Source of the DNA: a virus
DNA length: 64,000 bases
IMG/VR virus record: IMGVR_UViG_3300033153_001906
Coordinates: 55,175-119,174 of that record
Reading direction: 5' to 3' (one strand)
A model generated the notes under the pieces. The model was not told the DNA's origin, ran no database searches, and saw only the letters and a program-made list of their open reading frames with translations. The position numbers were made by a program, and so were the translations under genes. This document shows, one piece after another, positions 47,513 through 55,309 of this stretch (positions are counted from its first letter, which is position 1; every line of letters begins with the position of its first letter).

Positions 47513-49012
47513 TTAGAACGACATCCAACGCTTACGTACAACTCTTAGAGTCACAATACTAGTAAACGTGTTTGTATATTGAATTTGAATTGTGTTTGGT
47601 GCGCCACCAACATATATTGCTTCAAAATTAACATCACCAGCGCCAATCAATGCCACATCTCTGACTTCTACTTGATTATCTGTTAATGTTGCAGTACCAG
47701 CGCCAACATTGATGTTACCAACCACAATCAACTGGCCCGCGCCAGTGTAGTTATTAGCGCCTGGGGTTGCACCAGCAATGTTAATACTATAATCTATGAA
47801 AATTACGTCTGATACTGAATCTATATCAAAATTCAGTCCAGTCACGTTAGTAAATGCTGCTTGGCTTGCGCTTAATGTATATTCGTTAGCTGGAATATCA
47901 GCAAAAGTGTTTGTAATGCGAATATAATCTTCGTTTATGTCTGCATCAAGAGCAATGCCTTCGCCAGCAACGAATCTTGCTGTGTCAGTAACCGAATCAG
48001 CAGAGATTGTACGCGGAGTTGATGCGCTCAACCATGTTGGAACCACTGGTAAGTTGGCTTCATTATCGTAAAGGCCCCAATTTTGAAATGTTGGCGTACC
48101 AACACCAATACCAGTCGTTGTTACTTGCAAATTTGCAAGAGTTGTGACAAGCTGCGTTCCATGAATCTTATTAATTATCGTTGAAGCCATTGATCCCTGT
48201 TCAGCGTTAGATCCTGAAATTGAGAATAGAAAATCGCCATCGGCTGCATCGAATGCGAGCGATAGAAGAGGATCAGCACGACCAAGTAGCATGGTTGTTG
48301 TTGCTGCTATTGGGCCTTCTGCTGCAAGTGTCTCATCAAGTGTTAATACTGTTGCTGCAAGGCCACCTGCTGCAATTGTATACGTTCCATCATTTGATAC
48401 AGTTCCCCTAACACCAATCTTTTGACCAACAAAGAATCCGTCAGTAATGAAACTACCTGTTGAACGTGTTATCGTGTCTGGGCCTGTTGCGAATGTTAGT
48501 GTTGGTGCACCTGTTAAGTCTACTGCCACCGATGGTGCGTTTAATACGCCAAGTGCGCCACTATTACCAGAATCGAAATCACCGACAGTAGATGTTTCCA
48601 CAGCATCTAGTACAAAGTTAATCGTATTTGCTACGTCAACACTTGTGTCGGCTGTAATAAAGATAGTTTCACGTTCATCCCATAGGATATCATCAGCGAG
48701 CAGAGATACTGCTGGTGATGGTGTTCCAAGTAAGTATATAACTAGTGAATCAAACTCTGCTTCTGTGAATGGAGCGATGAATTTAACTGATACAACTTGA
48801 GTATCAGCAATGCTCTCAGCCGCTGCTATATCGCCGCCAGCAGAACTGTACGTTCTTATCCCAAATGGTGGTTGGTTTGGATCAGTTCCGATCCATAATT
48901 CACCAGTATCAACGGTTAGTGCGAATTCACCAGGGAGTAGAGGCTGAGGTAGATTTTCTCTAATGCCTCTTCGATTCTGAATTCGTGAAATTACTATCTG
49001 ATTATTTGCCAT
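47513..49012 (-). CDS. virion fibre-like protein, paralog of 46276-47502
   Basis: same N-terminal domain; late promoter at 49042. Confidence 0.8.
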   Translation of the reverse strand: MANNQIVISRIQNRRGIRENLPQPLLPGEFALTVDTGELWIGTDPNQPPFGIRTYSSAGGDIAAAESIADTQVVSVKFIAPFTEAEFDSLVIYLLGTPSPAVSLLADDILWDERETIFITADTSVDVANTINFVLDAVETSTVGDFDSGNSGALGVLNAPSVAVDLTGAPTLTFATGPDTITRSTGSFITDGFFVGQKIGVRGTVSNDGTYTIAAGGLAATVLTLDETLAAEGPIAATTTMLLGRADPLLSLAFDAADGDFLFSISGSNAEQGSMASTIINKIHGTQLVTTLANLQVTTTGIGVGTPTFQNWGLYDNEANLPVVPTWLSASTPRTISADSVTDTARFVAGEGIALDADINEDYIRITNTFADIPANEYTLSASQAAFTNVTGLNFDIDSVSDVIFIDYSINIAGATPGANNYTGAGQLIVVGNINVGAGTATLTDNQVEVRDVALIGAGDVNFEAIYVGGAPNTIQIQYTNTFTSIVTLRVVRKRWMSF

Positions 49013-49041
49013 TCGATAAATCCTGTGTAGTCGTTACACAG

Positions 49042-49049
49042 TATTTATC
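49042..49049 (-). promoter_or_regulatory. late-type promoter GATAAATA
   Basis: intergenic motif match. Confidence 0.8.
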
Positions 49050-49055
49050 TAAGTT

Positions 49056-49721
49056 TCACGCTTTTTGTTCGAAGTATTGCTCTAGTCGTTCTGCCCACTC
49101 AATCGCCGCTTTATCAAAGTCTTCACCTTCTACAATCCATTCTTGGTACTCACCAGTTTGGCAAGCAAGCATGATAACTCCACGTTTGATGTCAGTTCCA
49201 TGCATTTCGTTGTGCGCGAGCGCGTATGCAACGACTTGAAGCTTATAATCAGCGATCCATTCTTCTTTGCGAAATGAGCGGGAATTCTTGAAGTCGATAA
49301 TAGCTGGAACACCTTCGTGTAAGCCAACAGCATCAGTCGTTCCAGCATATAGATTTTCAGCATATACTTTCACTTCACATCCCCAAATTTCATCAACTTT
49401 TGATAAACCATTATTGATGATTTTATTGGTCATGTGCCTAACCCAGATGTTGCCCTTTGGTTCAGCACCTTCCATGATATAATCTTCTAGATTTTGATGG
49501 ACTGTATTTCCGTAATTTGTAGATCGCTTAACGATTTCGTTTGCTTTGTGATCGCCAATGCGTTCTTTCCATTCTTTCAAGAAAGACATATCTTTAGTAC
49601 CAGATAGTACTGTAGTGACTGAGGGGACTTTATTGCCACCAGGCGTAAGATATACGCGGGGGCCTTCTGGATCAGTTTCGCTTGTTAATTCTTTATATTT
49701 GAACTTATCTATTACAATCAT
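49056..49721 (-). CDS. PD-(D/E)XK exonuclease, predicted leaderless
   Basis: PSVTTVL, G-x2-VH, E, YAGTTD, IIDFKNS, Q-x2-AYA; start moved to MIVIDK. Confidence 0.88.
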   Translation of the reverse strand: MIVIDKFKYKELTSETDPEGPRVYLTPGGNKVPSVTTVLSGTKDMSFLKEWKERIGDHKANEIVKRSTNYGNTVHQNLEDYIMEGAEPKGNIWVRHMTNKIINNGLSKVDEIWGCEVKVYAENLYAGTTDAVGLHEGVPAIIDFKNSRSFRKEEWIADYKLQVVAYALAHNEMHGTDIKRGVIMLACQTGEYQEWIVEGEDFDKAAIEWAERLEQYFEQKA

Positions 49722-49727
49722 TGTATT

Positions 49728-49756
49728 AGTATAGCACAATATTTAGGAAGTGTCAA
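49728..49756 (-). promoter_or_regulatory. sigma70-type promoter
   Basis: TTGACA-N17-TATACT with TG extension. Confidence 0.8.
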
Positions 49757-49757
49757 C

Positions 49758-50276
49758 TTAATTAACTCGTATCGTTTCCTGAGTTATAACTTGTCCGTTA
49801 ACTAGAATTTGAACCACAACAACTTTGCCTGCGAATGGAGTAATAGTCTTTGTAGACCATACGCGCCAACGATCTGCACCAACTCTGAAGTCTTTTGAAT
49901 AAATGACTTCACCAGATACAGACCAACGATGCGTTGCTGTTTTTCCGTTTAAATTACGTAGCTCTGTGAAAAATGAAATTTCTCTTGCTGACGTAGTAAC
50001 ACTAGCTAGATTATCAACGGGTTCTCTGTTCTGAATGCTTGTTGTAAAGATTGCGCGGTGTGGAGAACCAGATGCTTCTGCATTAAGATTACCTAATTTC
50101 TTCTTGTAGTAACCAAGCATGAAAATTTCGCGTTCAGTTGCAAGTCCACCTTCTTTCAAAGCTTCAATTTCTTCGATGTTCTGCTGTAATTCTGATTTGT
50201 ATGCTTCAGTAAGAATACCTTGTGAAAAAGCTGGCATAGCGAACAGTAATGTAAGTGTAAGTAGTAGTGTTCTCAT
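49758..50276 (-). CDS. exported DUF2914-like protein
   Basis: signal peptide; FTTSIQNREPVD...FFTEL...HRW...RWRVWSTK. Confidence 0.8.
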   Translation of the reverse strand: MRTLLLTLTLLFAMPAFSQGILTEAYKSELQQNIEEIEALKEGGLATEREIFMLGYYKKKLGNLNAEASGSPHRAIFTTSIQNREPVDNLASVTTSAREISFFTELRNLNGKTATHRWSVSGEVIYSKDFRVGADRWRVWSTKTITPFAGKVVVVQILVNGQVITQETIRVN

Positions 50277-50288
50277 TTTATCTCTCGT

Positions 50289-50672
50289 TTATTCTATTTG
50301 TGATCCCACAACATCTGAGCCTGATTGTAGATTTATGCTACGTAGCTCTAGTTTGTCTAATTTTTCTTTTAAGCTCTGAATGCGTCGTTCAACGTTTGCT
50401 TTGGCAACACGATCTGCTGGTGTTGCTTGGTCTGTTTCAATTAGAAAATCATAGCCGATTAGCTCATCTTCATATCCCATCATTGTTACTGTGACCAGTT
50501 CAATAGATGAGTTAATTTCAGATTGCTGCACTTCAACTTTAGTGGCTAACGTATCAAGATAGCCAGTTGTGACAGAATAGGTTTTGTATATTGCACCAGA
50601 AAGAGCAAGAATGATGCCGAGTATGACACTCAACCGCTTGATGTCAATGGTAACGTTTTGAGTTTCGGTCAT
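50289..50672 (-). CDS. single-TM coiled-coil protein
   Basis: N-terminal TM segment then heptads. Confidence 0.7.
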   Translation of the reverse strand: MTETQNVTIDIKRLSVILGIILALSGAIYKTYSVTTGYLDTLATKVEVQQSEINSSIELVTVTMMGYEDELIGYDFLIETDQATPADRVAKANVERRIQSLKEKLDKLELRSINLQSGSDVVGSQIE

Positions 50673-51049
50673 GTTTCGTCCAACCAGTAGTCAACCCATT
50701 CAATATAGTGCTTCTGGAAGTTTACTAGTATCGCTTTCTTATAATCTTTATCCAAGAAACGTTTTGCTGCAATACGAACATACTCATCTTGGCTTTGTGC
50801 GCCAGTTGCAAATTTGCCTTCGCCTGGGCCTTCTTCATCATACACGCCTGCAGATTGCTGAATTGCATCTTGGGCTAATGCTTGGGCAGCACGTTCTAAG
50901 AACCCATCAACGCGGTCGTTTGCTAGATCAGCAGACACAGGTGGGGTTTTTGGATATGGCTTATCATGCGGCCAGCGATCATCGCTAGGATGCACATCCG
51001 CTTCTTCGATAGCATCAATAGCTTCCATTAATTTGCGCATTTCATTCAT
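50669..51049 (-). CDS. putative head-internal protein (MNEMRKLME family)
   Basis: MNEMRKLMEAIDAIEEA. Confidence 0.75.
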   Translation of the reverse strand: MNEMRKLMEAIDAIEEADVHPSDDRWPHDKPYPKTPPVSADLANDRVDGFLERAAQALAQDAIQQSAGVYDEEGPGEGKFATGAQSQDEYVRIAAKRFLDKDYKKAILVNFQKHYIEWVDYWLDET

Positions 51050-51055
51050 AATTGT

Positions 51056-52792
51056 TTACCAAATAAGTTGCCATTGCATTGTATCACCAGTGGCGGGGTT
51101 GACTTGTGCGCGAACATTATATCCGAGCGCAGTAAAGTAATCTAGTACATATTGAATCTGATCTGCAATAACTGCATCTGTTGCTTGACCAGAAAGAACT
51201 GAATAGTAATCTGTTGCTTCAACTCCAAATGATGCTGCATCTTTTGTAAGTGTAATTGATGCGGAGCCATTTGGAGTACCATCACTATTAAAGAATAGCG
51301 TTGATGCGTTGGTTTCGCCAGCATTAGTACCATCACTATAACCAGAGCCGCCATCAGCAAGTTGAACCGATGTAATTACGCCAGCACTTACACCCGTAAT
51401 GTTAAGCTGTGCGCCAGTTCCACTAACATCACTAATTACGATTGTTGGGTATGCATCACTATATCCAGAACCACCATTTTGTATGCTAATATTAATAACT
51501 GTGCCGCCAGTGGTGTTAACGACCCCAACGAATCCAGTACCAGATGGGTGTGATACAGAAATTTGTGCAGTAGCAGTATCGTAGCCTGCACCACCGTTAG
51601 TAATTACATAGCCTGTAATTGTTCCTGATCCATCTATGGATGCGACAGAAGCAGTTGCAGTTGTAGTAATATTAGGTGCTGTAAGAAGAATTGGGTTTCC
51701 AACCGTATAGCTTGTTCCGCCATTGTTTATAGTAATGGATGTCACCGCACCATTAGTAACAATTGGTGTCAGTGTTGCTGCTACTCCGCCATGTGCAATT
51801 GTTGTTGCGTTAAGCGTAGTTGGCCTTAGCGTGAAACCAGTACCAATGCCAGTCGTAGATGCTTGGTCTAGTGACTGACCCAAGAAGAATGTATCATTAC
51901 CTGGGGAAGCGAGTGTAAATGTGAGTACTCCACCTACTGCTGTTTCATTGTTGGTTCCAGTTATAATAGCAAATCCAGAGCCAACACCATCAGTGCTAAA
52001 TTGGCTTAGTGTAGCCCCACTTGTAGCAAAGCTGGACGTACTTGATGAAGTAACTGTGAACGTTAGTACGCCACCACCACTTACTGAGTCAACTGTAATA
52101 ATAGTACCATCTGATAGCGTTATTGTGTCTAGTGCTACATAGCCACTACCACTTGGCAAGCCACCTGGAACTGAGCCGTTAGCAGCAACGCCGTTGTATT
52201 GTGCATCTGTATCGCCCGCGACTGTTACAAAACCACTGCCACCGCCAACCAAACTTACTACTGTTACAGTAGAATTTTCAGTTAGTGTAATTACTTCGCC
52301 AACGAAGTATTCATCGCCTGCTGTAAATGTACCATTACCACCAGCACCATCAAAGTCTGTATTATCTTGCGTGTTTGTTAGATTGGCAGGATCTTGCAAG
52401 CTTGCTGTAGCTGGAACTGGATCATAGCCAGCGCCAGCGTTTGTGATATTGAAGTTGTCAATAACGCCATTACTATTAACCACTGGCTCGACAGTCGCTA
52501 CGACTGTTGGTGATGTTCCGTTGGCATCAATTGTCGCAGTCGCAGATATGATTGAGAAACCAGAACCACCAACCAAGTTAGTAAATCCTGTGATAGCATC
52601 AGTATACGTAAATGGTGTGCCGCCAGCTACAATAACGCTATATGCGCCTTGAACTGGTGGTGTTGCACACGGGTCGCCGTCAATTGCTGCAAGGATCGCC
52701 GCTTGAACTTCGCAAATCTCTGTCCAAAGCAATGTATCGTTTCTAGCAATATTACGTGCTTCAGTTGCTTTTATGAATGAACAGTTTGCCAT
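51056..52792 (-). CDS. virion structural protein with I-x-NGGSGY repeats
   Basis: multiple A-x-V-x2-G-x-I-x2-I-x-I-x-N-x-G-x-GY modules. Confidence 0.8.
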   Translation of the reverse strand: MANCSFIKATEARNIARNDTLLWTEICEVQAAILAAIDGDPCATPPVQGAYSVIVAGGTPFTYTDAITGFTNLVGGSGFSIISATATIDANGTSPTVVATVEPVVNSNGVIDNFNITNAGAGYDPVPATASLQDPANLTNTQDNTDFDGAGGNGTFTAGDEYFVGEVITLTENSTVTVVSLVGGGSGFVTVAGDTDAQYNGVAANGSVPGGLPSGSGYVALDTITLSDGTIITVDSVSGGGVLTFTVTSSSTSSFATSGATLSQFSTDGVGSGFAIITGTNNETAVGGVLTFTLASPGNDTFFLGQSLDQASTTGIGTGFTLRPTTLNATTIAHGGVAATLTPIVTNGAVTSITINNGGTSYTVGNPILLTAPNITTTATASVASIDGSGTITGYVITNGGAGYDTATAQISVSHPSGTGFVGVVNTTGGTVINISIQNGGSGYSDAYPTIVISDVSGTGAQLNITGVSAGVITSVQLADGGSGYSDGTNAGETNASTLFFNSDGTPNGSASITLTKDAASFGVEATDYYSVLSGQATDAVIADQIQYVLDYFTALGYNVRAQVNPATGDTMQWQLIW

Positions 52793-53178
52793 TATGCGCC
52801 TATATCCTTACCTGCTTGTTTTGTTTGGTCTTGCTTCTGTTTAACGCTATCTATAGCGGTCTTAGATGCAAGTTTTTCTGCATCCACTTCTATGTCCTCA
52901 TAGTCTCCTGCAGATTCATCATCTAGTGAGTGTGTCTTGAGTATGATTTTGTCGAGTGTGGTAGTCTTAATAAAGTCGTGAGCGTGGTCGTGATTCTCGA
53001 TAGAAGATATTAGACCGTCTGGTGTGACTGCATAGCCCATACCATTAAGTTGATCCACTAAGGAATCAACTTCAATATCAGTTATGCCGTTAGCTTTAGC
53101 AGCTATCAGCAAATCTTCAAGATCAGAGTCAAAACTTGACTCGCTATCTTCTACTAGTAGCTCCCAAGCGCGCACCAT
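52792..53178 (-). CDS. acidic protein with capsid-targeting-like N-terminus
   Basis: MVRAWELLVED. Confidence 0.75.
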   Translation of the reverse strand: MVRAWELLVEDSESSFDSDLEDLLIAAKANGITDIEVDSLVDQLNGMGYAVTPDGLISSIENHDHAHDFIKTTTLDKIILKTHSLDDESAGDYEDIEVDAEKLASKTAIDSVKQKQDQTKQAGKDIGA

Positions 53179-53189
53179 GAAGTTCTCGC

Positions 53190-54668
53190 TTACTGCTTTG
53201 CTTTAATGCGAGCAATCTTTTGTTCAGCTTCAACAATCTTCTTGCCGATAATTCTGATAGACTCTTTCTTTGCACGACCAAGTGGCTCATCTTCCATGCC
53301 AGCTAGTTCGTCCGCGCCGCCAAACTCGTCACCGAGTTCTGCATCGCCAAGATCAAGTTCTACATCAGAATCAATGTCAATATCTAGATCATCTTCTGCG
53401 CCAAACTCGCCTTCGTCACCAAAATCGCCCATGTCATTTACTGAACTTGGCATTCCGCCGTCTGCGATAGTGCTTACTGCGTTATCTAGCTCTTGTTTTG
53501 AAGTGCGTAGACTGTCCATGATACCATTTAGCGTTGTGCTAACTGTATCTTCGAAGCCTGATGCAACATCAGAACCGTATGCTTCACGCATTTGTGTAGA
53601 AACTGCTGGAAGGTCTTCGTTAACTAGGCGTCCTAGTTTCTCTACCATGTCCTGTAGTTCCTGACTAAAGCTCTTAGCTGCGATCAAGCTTTCTGCCTGC
53701 TCAACTTCTGCTTCTAGTAATTTTCTTAGTTCTTTTACGTAGCCTTCTTTCATTTCGTTTTTCTTTCCTTTTTTTGCTTGATATGAGAAAAAATCTTCTG
53801 GTTCATCTTCTGGTACTGCTGCTTCATAATCGAAGCTTGGATCAGCTTTAGCTTTCTTTTGATTGCTGATGTCACGTACCCACTCGCGGGAAGCATGACG
53901 ATCTTGAATTTCATCAATTTGTTCTTCTTCGACTACTTCTTTCTTGTCATCATCTTTGTCATCAGCTTTGTCATCGTCTTTGTCATCGTCTTTGTCATCG
54001 TCTTTGTCATCGTCTTTGTCATCAGCTTTATCGTCATCAGCTTTATCGTCATCTTTCTTGCCGAATTGATACTGCTTGAGAGCGTCGGGCAACTTGCCTT
54101 CTTCAACTTTATCACATTCGCACGGATCACATTCGCATTTATCACAAGCATCACAGTCATCGCCTTCTAGTACACTTTCAATAGCAAATCGGTCTGTGTC
54201 TTCGCACTCATGTTCAGTAATCTTGCGTAGTTCATACTCAACTAGTTCCTTATCGAAACGATACGGCCATAGTTCATATGCGCGCATTGCATCTGCAACT
54301 GCTGTTTCAAAAGAGTCGCCAACGTCACATGCTTTGAATACGTAATCAGCAAGCTTATTAACTACAAGTTCCAATTTGCGGCCACCACGACCAGCAAGCA
54401 TTGCAGCTTCGTTCAAACGCTGATTACTCTTAGTAATAAGCATTTTTAGTCCTTCTTGAACCAATAGTGCCTGCATATACGCAGGATCTTGTGCAGTATT
54501 CAAATTCAACTTTAGATCATAAAGATCATCTGCGATCTTTGTGTAAAGTTGATTTAGCTTACCTGACTTAACTTCAGATACCAGTGTAAAGCCATAAGTC
54601 TCTTTTAGAGCCTTATTGATCTTCTCGATTTTCACTTCATCACTAGTTGTGATTTCATTTAAAAGCAT
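53190..54668 (-). CDS. putative prohead core/scaffold-like protein
   Basis: helical and acidic, many [ILVM]xE sites, own late promoter. Confidence 0.6.
   Translation of the reverse strand: MLLNEITTSDEVKIEKINKALKETYGFTLVSEVKSGKLNQLYTKIADDLYDLKLNLNTAQDPAYMQALLVQEGLKMLITKSNQRLNEAAMLAGRGGRKLELVVNKLADYVFKACDVGDSFETAVADAMRAYELWPYRFDKELVEYELRKITEHECEDTDRFAIESVLEGDDCDACDKCECDPCECDKVEEGKLPDALKQYQFGKKDDDKADDDKADDKDDDKDDDKDDDKDDDKADDKDDDKKEVVEEEQIDEIQDRHASREWVRDISNQKKAKADPSFDYEAAVPEDEPEDFFSYQAKKGKKNEMKEGYVKELRKLLEAEVEQAESLIAAKSFSQELQDMVEKLGRLVNEDLPAVSTQMREAYGSDVASGFEDTVSTTLNGIMDSLRTSKQELDNAVSTIADGGMPSSVNDMGDFGDEGEFGAEDDLDIDIDSDVELDLGDAELGDEFGGADELAGMEDEPLGRAKKESIRIIGKKIVEAEQKIARIKAKQ
53946..54054. repeat. 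coding tandem repeat (DDKD/DDKA)
   Basis: gtcatcgtcttt 12-mer repeated with variants. Confidence 0.9.
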
Positions 54669-54698
54669 TTTTCAGTTTTCCTCAAAAGCTGTTTGTTG

Positions 54699-54706
54699 TA
54701 TTTATC
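54699..54706 (-). promoter_or_regulatory. late-type promoter GATAAATA
   Basis: intergenic motif match. Confidence 0.8.
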
Positions 54707-54715
54707 AAAATACAG

Positions 54716-55309
54716 CTATTTACCCGCTGCATTAAATCCTCTAAGTAACTCACGGGCTGCTTTGGCCTTATATTTCGCAATATCGTAGCGATCTTCAAAT
54801 ATTCCGAGCGAGTCATCTTCGTGATCTTTAGCGTGGTTGTATGCATTCTTAAAATGCATCATTTCCATATAATTTCGTGCGTATTTTTCCTCTATTTCAA
54901 GTATGTGTTTTGCACTGTTTTCGTTCTTCATGTTTAGTGATTCAACAATTGCCATTGCTGCATCAAAAATCATAATATTTTCGTGAATCAGATTGTGTAT
55001 GTTCTTCTTGTATATGTTATACATTTCATCTTTATTCTTGGTGATGATATACGAACCCACTGCAATCTTATTCTTTGTCCTTTTTTGCAGAAACAAGTGG
55101 TTACGGAGAAACGTATCGTTCTCTATTTCACTCATCACTGTCAGAAATGCTTTATTTAATGTTTGTTTTGCTTTAGCTTTCTTTCTGCGTGATAGTTTAT
55201 TTCTTGTTGCGGCCGATCCCATCTTCGGTGCTCTCTTTTGCCCGTTCTTTTGGCTTCGGTTTCTTGTTTGTCTTGCCATATATTGACTGAGTCCTTGAAT
55301 GTATTCCAT
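54716..55309 (-). CDS. hypothetical late protein (start uncertain, possibly MGSAATR)
   Basis: fills gap in late operon. Confidence 0.7.
   Translation of the reverse strand: MEYIQGLSQYMARQTRNRSQKNGQKRAPKMGSAATRNKLSRRKKAKAKQTLNKAFLTVMSEIENDTFLRNHLFLQKRTKNKIAVGSYIITKNKDEMYNIYKKNIHNLIHENIMIFDAAMAIVESLNMKNENSAKHILEIEEKYARNYMEMMHFKNAYNHAKDHEDDSLGIFEDRYDIAKYKAKAARELLRGFNAAGK

Noticed and set aside
46276-49012. Diversity-generating retroelement suggested by the Mtd-like N-termini
   Set aside because: No reverse transcriptase and no template/variable repeat pair seen; similarity is limited to the N-terminal anchor
49056-49721. Cas4 / CRISPR association
   Set aside because: PD-(D/E)XK nuclease without an Fe-S Cys cluster; no array or cas genes seen
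53946-54054. Short tandem repeats as a CRISPR array (also 24485-24612)
   Set aside because: In-frame coding repeats without unique spacers
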